DNA of 64,000 nucleotides from an uncultured Planctomycetia bacterium. GTDB taxonomy: Bacteria > Omnitrophota > Gorgyraeia > 2-02-FULL-51-18. The translations under genes were made by a program, and so were the position numbers. The number at the start of each line of letters is the position of its first letter. Position 1 is the first letter of the stretch. This document shows positions 56,942 through 64,000 of this stretch, in pieces. The notes beneath the pieces were generated by a model, which was not told where the DNA came from, did not search any database, and saw only the letters and a list, made by a program, of their open reading frames with translations. The DNA lies in contig CAZXLF010000003.1 in NCBI GenBank assembly GCA_964642015.1, positions 164,204 through 228,203 of the forward strand, written 5' to 3'.

Positions 56942-58481
56942 TTTTCAAAAACCTTTGTATCCCCTCTTTTTCCACCACTGACACAAAAACGTCCACGATC
57001 TTGGGATCAAATTGAGTGCCCTTATTTTTCACGATCTCGTCCAGCGCTTCCCGTATGGATGCGCGGTTTCGGTAAGGTCTGCCAATAATAAGCGCTTCAA
57101 ACGCATTGATGACCGCCAGTATTCTGGCGCCGATAGGAATCTTTTCCCCTTTCAAACCCCTGGGATAACCGGTGCCGTCAAATTTTTCTCGCGAATACAA
57201 AATAATAGGCACAACCGGCTTGAGGCTTTCGAAAGACTGCACGATCTTTGCGCCTTTAATCGGATGTTCCCTGAGTAAACGGTATTCCTCCCCAGTAAGT
57301 TTCGTAGGTTTCTTTAAAATATCATCCGGGATACCAATCTTGGCTGTATCTTTCAACAGCGTCGCATAATGAAGAGCCTGCACCTCTTCCTCGGTTAACT
57401 TAAGTTCCTGCGCAATGTTCAAAGCCAATCTTAAGAATGCCTCCGGAGAAGTAAGATTGGGCATACGTGTCCCCAGAATAACCGCGAGCGACTGAATGGT
57501 GCCGAGCGTAACGCGTTTTTGTTCTTCGTAAAGCTGGGCATTCTTAATGGCTATCACAGCTTCTTCGGCCAACGTCGTCAATATTTCCTGATCAAAATAC
57601 GTAAAGCCCTTTTTGTCTTTCTTATACGAGACCGTCAAAACACCGATCGTATCCTCGTCGATCAAAGGGATGCAGATCATCTTTTTTCTTAAAACAATCT
57701 GAGCTGTTTTAGCCACTTTTCCCTCTACCCCGCTGCCGACAACGATGCGAAAGCCCGGCGCCTGATGCTTCGGATAACCGACAAGCGCCTTGCAGATCAG
57801 ATGCTCTTGTTTTTTTCTGGCATCCATGCGATTCGAGCGCATTCCGTTCTGCGGTTCCTTCGAAGGTGTTTCGAAAATATAGATCGCGCAACGATTCGTG
57901 CGCAAGACCTGCGTCGTTAAATGGGCTAGTCTTGAGATCAGCTCATCCAGATTCAACGTCGAATTAATGATGCGGTGCACAGTATGCACCGTAGAAAGAG
58001 CGATGGCTCTGGGACGTATGGTAGCGGAAAGCCGTTCAAGCTCCTCTTTTTTAGAACAGTTATCAATAATAAGTTGAACGCAGCCGGATAAAAGATTTAA
58101 AATTTCATGACGAGTTCCTTTTGCAATTCCGATAAGGCCGAAATAGCCGATAATCCTGCCACCAACGACCAAAGGCACACAAAAATTGAGACTGTCTTTT
58201 GGCGCGCTGAATAAAAATGACCTTCTCTCTTTTGATCTTTTTTTGATCGCTTGATAAATGAGCGCGGAGGACCGGAATTTTTTGATGCGCGGATCGTTCC
58301 AGATCGCATAGGATGAATCGATGGATCTTTTGAATGATCCGACGCTTCCGTTCAGCTTGAACGAAACCCACCATAGCGGATGGCCCAGCAGGAAATCAAA
58401 AGAGACTCTGAAAATCCTTAAGTTTTCATGCTGAACAAAATAGTCAAATATTTCACGGTCATTTGTGATGGTCGTCTTCAT
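56931..58481 (-). CDS. Sensor + GAF + degenerate HD-GYP domain protein
   Basis: GAF (INSTLNLDEL, VPL/IPL, F...D.E.L..LA...IA.KNA.LY); HD-GYP fold (KIGIPD.IL.KP..LT, DGTGYP.GL.GE.IP..ARI, GTQFDP) with HD changed to KD. Confidence 0.82.
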   Translation of the reverse strand: MKTTITNDREIFDYFVQHENLRIFRVSFDFLLGHPLWWVSFKLNGSVGSFKRSIDSSYAIWNDPRIKKFRSSALIYQAIKKRSKERRSFLFSAPKDSLNFCVPLVVGGRIIGYFGLIGIAKGTRHEILNLLSGCVQLIIDNCSKKEELERLSATIRPRAIALSTVHTVHRIINSTLNLDELISRLAHLTTQVLRTNRCAIYIFETPSKEPQNGMRSNRMDARKKQEHLICKALVGYPKHQAPGFRIVVGSGVEGKVAKTAQIVLRKKMICIPLIDEDTIGVLTVSYKKDKKGFTYFDQEILTTLAEEAVIAIKNAQLYEEQKRVTLGTIQSLAVILGTRMPNLTSPEAFLRLALNIAQELKLTEEEVQALHYATLLKDTAKIGIPDDILKKPTKLTGEEYRLLREHPIKGAKIVQSFESLKPVVPIILYSREKFDGTGYPRGLKGEKIPIGARILAVINAFEALIIGRPYRNRASIREALDEIVKNKGTQFDPKIVDVFVSVVEKEGIQRFLKNAS

Positions 58482-58484
58482 CGC

Positions 58485-59654
58485 TCAAACTTTCTCAAAA
58501 GGCTCAAAAAACTTTCTATACTCATCTTGCGCGTACCGGTCTGTCATTCCCGCTAAATAGTCACAAATAACACGATGAGCCCCTTCCTGCTTCAAACGTT
58601 TCTGACTGCCTGGCGGCAGCTGTTCAGGGCTGGATAAATAAACCTCAAAAAGCGCGCGGATAAACCGTCTCGCCTTATCGGTCATACGCACCACACGATA
58701 ATGACGGTAAAGCCTGGTCTTGAGAAATTGCCTCAGCTCGTCTCTTTTTCCGGCCAATTCGGAACCGAAAGAGATCGTGAATTTCTCAAGCCCCATGGAA
58801 TCCTGCGGATTTTTGATCTTGTATTTTATAATGTTCCTCGACGATTGTTCAATCAAATCCGTGACTTCAAGGTTGATCAGCCCACGGATGATCTGGTAGC
58901 GCCTGACCTCAGGTTTTACCCCGGAAGGAAGTTTCGTGCTCTTTTTTACTGACTTCCAAAGCGTAATCCCGTCAAGCTCCGACTCGGTTATGAGTCCTGA
59001 GGTTAAACCATCGTCAAGATCGTGATTATCATACGCGATCTCATCGGCAAGATCCACCACCTGCGATTCAAGCGAAGGAGAATTGAAATGTTCAAAATCT
59101 CCCATCCCGCGTGACTCCGCTTCTTTCAAAAGTTCAGGATGCTTAAACAGACCGGTCCTGGATTCGTAAGTAAGATTAAGGCCCCGAAACGCAGGGTACC
59201 GCTCCTCCAAATAATCAACGACCCGCAAACTTTGGAGATTATGGTCAAAACCCCCGTGATCGGCCATCAACTCGCGCAATTCATCTTCGCCTGCGTGCCC
59301 AAAGGGTGTGTGCCCGAGATCATGGGCCAAAGTGATGGTTTCCACCAGATCTGAGTTCAATCTCAACATTCTAGCGATGACACGAGCGATCTGATTGGCT
59401 TCCAGAGAATGCGTAAGTCGTGTTCTATAATAATCGCCTTCGTGATTCACAAATACTTGCGTCTTATATTCAAGACGCCTGAATGCAGAGCTATGGATAA
59501 TGCGGTCACGGTCGCGTTGAAAAGCGGTGCGGTATGGGTGTTCTTTTTCGGGGTAGACTCGTCCATGACTTTGAGCGCTTTTGGCCGCATACGGCGCCAA
59601 CATTCTCGACTCTTGCCTTTCGAGCTCTGACCTACTGATCAATGCGTTCGGCAT
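58485..59654 (-). CDS. dgt: Deoxyguanosinetriphosphate triphosphohydrolase-like HD protein
   Basis: FQRDRDRIIHS.AFRRL.YKTQVF, RTRLTHSLE, AHDLGHTPFGHAGE, DEIAY..HD.DD, DYLAGMTD; start ATG 59654. Confidence 0.94.
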   Translation of the reverse strand: MPNALISRSELERQESRMLAPYAAKSAQSHGRVYPEKEHPYRTAFQRDRDRIIHSSAFRRLEYKTQVFVNHEGDYYRTRLTHSLEANQIARVIARMLRLNSDLVETITLAHDLGHTPFGHAGEDELRELMADHGGFDHNLQSLRVVDYLEERYPAFRGLNLTYESRTGLFKHPELLKEAESRGMGDFEHFNSPSLESQVVDLADEIAYDNHDLDDGLTSGLITESELDGITLWKSVKKSTKLPSGVKPEVRRYQIIRGLINLEVTDLIEQSSRNIIKYKIKNPQDSMGLEKFTISFGSELAGKRDELRQFLKTRLYRHYRVVRMTDKARRFIRALFEVYLSSPEQLPPGSQKRLKQEGAHRVICDYLAGMTDRYAQDEYRKFFEPFEKV

Positions 59655-59656
59655 GC

Positions 59657-60154
59657 TTAGGAAAGTAGACGGCTTCGTAAATTCTTTAAAGATTCCGAAA
59701 TCACTTTGTTTCCGGATAGGACAGGCATGAAATTCGTATCTCCGTTCCAACGGGGCACAACATGCAGATGAATATGTTTGTCATACCCGGCTCCAGCAGC
59801 TCGCCCCACATTAAAGCCCATATTAAACCCGTGAGGTTTTAGCTTTTTTTCTAATTGCAAAACGGCCTTGTTCGCCATTTCGAACAATTCTACCATCTCC
59901 TGTTTTGATAGTAACGTAGTACTTTTCAAATGCCGGTACGGCGCGATCATCAAATGGCCGTTATTATAAGGGTAAAGATTGAGCATGGTATAAACCGTTT
60001 TTCCGCGCCAAACAATAAGGTTTTTTATATCATTTCGGGAGCGCGGTTTCTGACAAAAAATACAACCCTTGGCTTTGGGATGATAAATGAAACGGTCACG
60101 CCACGGCGCCCAGAGCTGTTTAAAAGATGTTGTCGCCGGATTAGGCAGACCCAT
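59657..60154 (-). CDS. HIT-family protein (Ap4A phosphorylase/hydrolase-like)
   Basis: LWAPWR, CIFC, LNLYPYNNGHLM, GFNMG.N.G.AAGAG, HIHLHVVPRW.GD.NF; start uncertain. Confidence 0.9.
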   Translation of the reverse strand: MGLPNPATTSFKQLWAPWRDRFIYHPKAKGCIFCQKPRSRNDIKNLIVWRGKTVYTMLNLYPYNNGHLMIAPYRHLKSTTLLSKQEMVELFEMANKAVLQLEKKLKPHGFNMGFNVGRAAGAGYDKHIHLHVVPRWNGDTNFMPVLSGNKVISESLKNLRSRLLS

Positions 60155-61811
60155 GTTTCTTAGGATGAACGTGGATAATCGGGGATTTTCCAAAGATGTC
60201 CATCAGCATATTGATCCTCGAAAGACCTAAGGTGAACACCCTTTTTTCTTTAGCAAGCAGTTTTGCGTTCTCATCAGCGCCGCTCAACGCCACGAGCACT
60301 TTTGTGGCAACATTGCGTTTTTCAAAAGAGTCATGATTGACAAGTTCCAAAACCTCTTTCTCACTGGCTTTTTCCTCAACGATCTTACACACCCAACAGC
60401 GACCATGCCCTTTAGCGATCACATTCTTCGCGGATCCTTTCAAGTTCGAGGCAGTTTCTCCGGATTTGATAAATTCAGTAAAATGAGGCAGCTTTCTTTT
60501 CTTCTCTCCAAAATCCACGATCTCATTTTTGAATTGAGAGAAAAGTCCCAGTACACGGTCCGTCATATCCATTCTGAGAAGCTGGTCATATTCAGAGATC
60601 ATCTGGTCAATGCGTGTTAAAAACTGCTCTGCGCCGCCAGAAGAACCAAGTAGCGAGAGTTCTTTTTTCTCATAGACTTCGTGAAGCCAAAATTTAAAAA
60701 TTTTATTATGAAATCGATAGAACACCCCTGTCTTAATAATGAGCTCGTGTTCGATCAATTCCTCAATTTGCCTTGACGTTTCACGTTGATTCCGACGGAT
60801 CAGCGCCGAAAGATCTTTGAGTTTATTCACGCCGCCGGCCATCCCGGTAAGAATTAAAAGATGACTCCCGCGCGAATCAGCCCTCGTCCATGGCGTAAGC
60901 GTCTTTAAGAAAAACTGATTGAGAACTCCCTGTGATTCGAAAAAAAGTTTCAGAAATACCTGCGATATTGTTTGTCTTGAAACTTCGGCCTCACTCTTCA
61001 GACTTGAGAGGTCTCGGATACGGTTAGCTATCGTATCCAGGAAGAATGGCTGGCCATCCGTAAAAGCCACAAGAAAATATCTAAGGTTTAGAGGAATGGT
61101 TATTGGGGCTAGTTTTTTCTCTAAAAAATCGAATGATGTTTCAAAATCAAACGGTTCCAAATAGATCCGTTCGAAATTCCCAAATAGAAGCGAGAGTTTT
61201 TCGGCAAGGATCTTTCTGCTAGCTGAGAATGAAGAACTTGAAAGCAGATACATCGTGTCCTTCTGGACCATGATGCGTTTGCCAAAGTTCGAAAATGTAT
61301 TCTTGATCCCAAACTCTCCTAGTCGGTGAAATTCATCCAAAATGACGATGCAGTGTTTCCCCGTTTCCTGCTTGATCACCGAAGTCAGCTCAAAAAGTCT
61401 AGAATACGCCTCTTCGGCATGTCTTTGTTTCAAAAGATTGACAATCTCATGAATACGCTGAGCTGTTGCAGGAATATAGCGCCCGGCCTTCTCCGTAAGA
61501 CTTTGCAGAGAATCGGTCATCGGCACTTCTTGTTTTTGTATAAGGAATTGAAGCAGTAAAGAACGGATGAATTGCTCAACAAAATAATCAAGCGCCTGGA
61601 TCTTGATCTCCACATATACGCACAGCATATCCGGATCGCGAAAAATATGAAGAAAATGCCTCAGCAAAGACGTTTTACCCAGCTGCTGATGGCCAATGAT
61701 CGCTATATTTTGACGGTAACCTGATTTAAGAGCATTCGCTCTTTTAAGGATGAGATCGATTATCTCCTGCCGGCCAAAGAAATCTTCGCCGACCACCGGG
61801 TCGCTAAACAT
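60141..61811 (-). CDS. Archaeal-type (ATPase_2) AAA ATPase with wHTH and C-terminal domain
   Basis: FFGR, Walker A GHQQLGKT, Walker B VILDEF, L.G....I.LEPF, T.G.PF.L. Confidence 0.8.
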   Translation of the reverse strand: MFSDPVVGEDFFGRQEIIDLILKRANALKSGYRQNIAIIGHQQLGKTSLLRHFLHIFRDPDMLCVYVEIKIQALDYFVEQFIRSLLLQFLIQKQEVPMTDSLQSLTEKAGRYIPATAQRIHEIVNLLKQRHAEEAYSRLFELTSVIKQETGKHCIVILDEFHRLGEFGIKNTFSNFGKRIMVQKDTMYLLSSSSFSASRKILAEKLSLLFGNFERIYLEPFDFETSFDFLEKKLAPITIPLNLRYFLVAFTDGQPFFLDTIANRIRDLSSLKSEAEVSRQTISQVFLKLFFESQGVLNQFFLKTLTPWTRADSRGSHLLILTGMAGGVNKLKDLSALIRRNQRETSRQIEELIEHELIIKTGVFYRFHNKIFKFWLHEVYEKKELSLLGSSGGAEQFLTRIDQMISEYDQLLRMDMTDRVLGLFSQFKNEIVDFGEKKRKLPHFTEFIKSGETASNLKGSAKNVIAKGHGRCWVCKIVEEKASEKEVLELVNHDSFEKRNVATKVLVALSGADENAKLLAKEKRVFTLGLSRINMLMDIFGKSPIIHVHPKKHGSA

Positions 61812-61867
61812 AAGGTTTAACCTTGAATAATTTTAAAAGAGCTGAATCCCGTGTTCTGTGCGAATGA

Positions 61868-62386
61868 TCAACCGCTTAAATAAGGCAACGGGTCTTCAGT
61901 CTTTAGATTTTTTCTTAACTCAAAATACAAATTTGAACAAAAACTCTTTGCTTCTTTTCCGGCTCTGGCGATTTCGTCGCCTCGCCGAACTTTCTGACCC
62001 ACCAAAACCAGGATTTCCGAATTTCTGGCGTACACGGTTGAATATTGATCATCATGTTCTAAAATGACCGTTTGACCATAACCCTTTAAATTCGGGTCCA
62101 CCAAAACCACAACGCCGTCACGCGATGCTACAACCTTGTCGGAGACCTGCGATTCTATCATCACGCCGTTCATCGGAACGCCGTCCTGAAATGAACCGTA
62201 CCGGGAGACCACTCGGCCCTGCAAAGGCCACAAAAAACTTGGAATTTCAGTTAGTCTATTTCCCGATCGAAAGCTTTCAACGTGATGGTTATGATACTCT
62301 CCGGTAGCGCAACCCGTCAAAAAAAATATCATACTTACCAGAAAAATCTGAAATATTTTATTGACAATGAGATTACTTTTTATCAC
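61868..62386 (-). CDS. NlpD-like lipoprotein, M23 domain lacking the zinc ligands
   Basis: Lipobox LTGC; F.WP..G.V.S..G, NGV.I, GYG..VIL.H, VYA.N, LYFELR. Confidence 0.85.
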   Translation of the reverse strand: MIKSNLIVNKIFQIFLVSMIFFLTGCATGEYHNHHVESFRSGNRLTEIPSFLWPLQGRVVSRYGSFQDGVPMNGVMIESQVSDKVVASRDGVVVLVDPNLKGYGQTVILEHDDQYSTVYARNSEILVLVGQKVRRGDEIARAGKEAKSFCSNLYFELRKNLKTEDPLPYLSG

Positions 62387-62411
62387 TGATTTTATTTACA
62401 AACATACAAAT

Positions 62412-62485
62412 TGGAGCGGGTGACGGGAATCGAACCCGTATCTAAAGCTTGGGAAGCTTTCATTCTACCACTGAACTACACCCGC
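62412..62485 (-). tRNA. tRNA-Gly (anticodon CCC)
   Basis: GCGGGTGTAGTTCAGTGGTAGAATGAAAGCTTCCCAAGCTTTAGATACGGGTTCGATTCCCGTCACCCGCTCCA: acceptor stem, TTCGA T-loop, encoded CCA. Confidence 0.96.
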
Positions 62486-62487
62486 GG

Positions 62488-63396
62488 TCAGAACTTTGTG
62501 ATCTTCTTGAATTGCCGGTAACGCTGCTGAATTTCTTTCGGCTTAAGCTTTAGAAGCCTGTTTAAACTAAAGCTCTCGACATTATAAGATGCCAGCACGC
62601 TGCCATGGATGACCGCTTCCCGGACGGCCTGCTCGTTCAACCGCGGTGAACGGGTCAAATAACCCATGAACCCCCCGGCAAAGGTATCTCCCGCGCCTGT
62701 CGGGTCGAAAATATTTTCCAATAAATATGCCGGCGCGATAAACAAAAACTTTCTGGAAAAACAGACGACCCCGTGCTCGCCTTTTTTGATGACCAAAAGA
62801 CGAGGCCCGCGGTCCAAGATCCACCTGGCGCATTGGATCAAATTATATTCACCGGCCAATTGCCTGGCTTCATTATCATTGCACAGAAAAATATCGACTT
62901 TCTTCAGAAGTTTAAGCAGTGTGTCTTTTTTATTCTGTATCCAGTAATTCATCGTATCACATGCTGTCAAAACGGGCTTTTTGGCTTGGGACAACACGGA
63001 CAATTGAAGCTCCGGATCAATATTCGCCAAGAATACAAATTCACAGCTCTTATTTTTTTCGGATATGATCGGATTAAAATTCTGGAATACATTCAATTCT
63101 GTTTTTAAAGTTTGGGCGTTGTTCAAATCGTAGTCGTAAAAACCTTTCCATCGAAAAGTTTTTCCGTGAGCGATCTTGATGTCTTTGGTGTCAACGCCTA
63201 AAGCTTTGATCAGTTCCAAATACTTTGGCGGAAAATCTTGGCCAACAACCGCAACGACCGACACTGGAGAAAAAAATCGGGCGCTCGCGGAAAAAAATGT
63301 TGCCGATCCGCCGAGCGCATCCCTGACTTCTCCAAAAGGAGTTTTGACACTATCAAGCGCCACAGAACCGACAGCTAGAATACGTTTGGAATTCAT
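62488..63396 (-). CDS. PfkB-family carbohydrate/nucleoside kinase
   Basis: GSVALD, GGSA, V.VVG.DF, K.GE.G, DPTGAGDTFAGG. Confidence 0.92.
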   Translation of the reverse strand: MNSKRILAVGSVALDSVKTPFGEVRDALGGSATFFSASARFFSPVSVVAVVGQDFPPKYLELIKALGVDTKDIKIAHGKTFRWKGFYDYDLNNAQTLKTELNVFQNFNPIISEKNKSCEFVFLANIDPELQLSVLSQAKKPVLTACDTMNYWIQNKKDTLLKLLKKVDIFLCNDNEARQLAGEYNLIQCARWILDRGPRLLVIKKGEHGVVCFSRKFLFIAPAYLLENIFDPTGAGDTFAGGFMGYLTRSPRLNEQAVREAVIHGSVLASYNVESFSLNRLLKLKPKEIQQRYRQFKKITKF

Positions 63397-64000
63397 TTTG
63401 ACCTCATCTTGTTTACCAAGTAGGCGGCTGCTTTTCTTGGCTCGGGGCTTCCCATGACCGCTTTGACGACCGCAACGGCCTTTGCGCCCGCTTTTTTTAC
63501 AAGCACAACATTCTTTCCGTTGATGCCGCCAATCGCGACAAACGGGATCCGAATCTTTTTAGCCGCAAACCGGACAAGCTTGAGTCCCGCGGGTCTGTAA
63601 GAAGGTTTTGTGGGTGTTTTAAAAACCGGGCCGATACCGATATAATCAAAACCTTCTTTTTGCGCATTCAGCGCCTGAACTTTTGAATGTGTCGATCGCC
63701 CGATGATCGCATTTCTTCCAAGGATCTTTCTTGCATCCTTGAGCGTGCCGTCTTCTTGTCCCAAGTGAACGCCGTCCGCGCCTGAAAGTTTAGCGACCCG
63801 GATGCGATCATTAATAACAAGAGGTATGCGAGCCGGGCGAGTCAATTGAAGAAGCTGTTTGGCCTGCCGAATAAGCTGTGTGTCCGTGGCGGACTTATCT
63901 CTCAATTGAATAACGCTGGCGCCGCCCTTTAAAGACTCTCTGACCACATCAACAAGCTTTCTTTCCCCGATCGCTTGAGGATCAGTTATGACGTAGAGAT
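63393..64000 (-). CDS. thiE: Thiamine-phosphate synthase (5' end beyond the window)
   Basis: LYVITD at the window edge, QLRDK, INDR, DGVHLGQED, GRSTHS, GPVF.T.TK, AIGGI. Confidence 0.95.
   Translation of the reverse strand, partial: LYVITDPQAIGERKLVDVVRESLKGGASVIQLRDKSATDTQLIRQAKQLLQLTRPARIPLVINDRIRVAKLSGADGVHLGQEDGTLKDARKILGRNAIIGRSTHSKVQALNAQKEGFDYIGIGPVFKTPTKPSYRPAGLKLVRFAAKKIRIPFVAIGGINGKNVVLVKKAGAKAVAVVKAVMGSPEPRKAAAYLVNKMRSK

Noticed and set aside
61860-62411. Genomic island integrated at tRNA-Gly
   Set aside because: No integrase and no duplicated tRNA 3' end seen; flanking genes are housekeeping
1-64000. The many short alternative-frame and antisense ORFs in the track (e.g. 7782-8456, 9443-10012, 30790-31278, 45894-46409)
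   Set aside because: They lie within well-supported genes and show no motifs or RBS; treated as shadow ORFs
1-64000. CRISPR arrays, rRNA, IS elements, reverse-transcriptase systems, recoded stop codons
   Set aside because: No spaced repeats, rRNA-like sequence, transposase or RT motifs seen; genes read intact in the standard bacterial code

Overview
A gene-dense stretch of bacterial chromosome with no rRNA, CRISPR array, transposase or prophage that I can see. Two lineage markers point to the PVC superphylum: the small basic protein at 55018-55284 and the Planctomycete/Verrucomicrobia Minf_1886-type protein at 50457-50867. Candidatus Omnitrophota is the most likely host (inference). The window appears to span the replication terminus: a 28-bp dif (XerCD) site lies at 21121-21148, and gene orientation flips there from mostly + to mostly -. 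Left of dif are a UvrD/PcrA helicase, an MFS exporter, a Rieske/split cytochrome b/octaheme cytochrome c operon with heme O and heme A synthases, divergent gshB/gshA, an ABC exporter, suhB and a cold-shock gene. Right of dif are a type IV minor-pilin cassette, an outer-membrane beta-barrel, nadE, folE, yajQ, mdh-sucCD, a secreted gluzincin, ExeAB, aroB, a degenerate HD-GYP protein, dgt, HIT, tRNA-Gly(CCC), pfkB and thiE. The most notable observations are: (1) a c-di-GMP-I (GEMM-I) riboswitch with a 56-nt two-hairpin insertion inside its conserved core, upstream of the secreted protease; (2) a roughly 10-kb putative operon joining an Xis/BldC-like regulator, two PilZ proteins and a cNMP-binding patatin phospholipase to fadI-fadJ-fadD and a lysophospholipase, read as a cyclic-nucleotide-controlled phospholipid-harvesting system; (3) a very large, apparently nested PilW-like pilin next to dif; (4) several apparently leaderless genes and three short genes missing from the ORF track. 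All assignments are by-eye motif recognition; no database searches were run.
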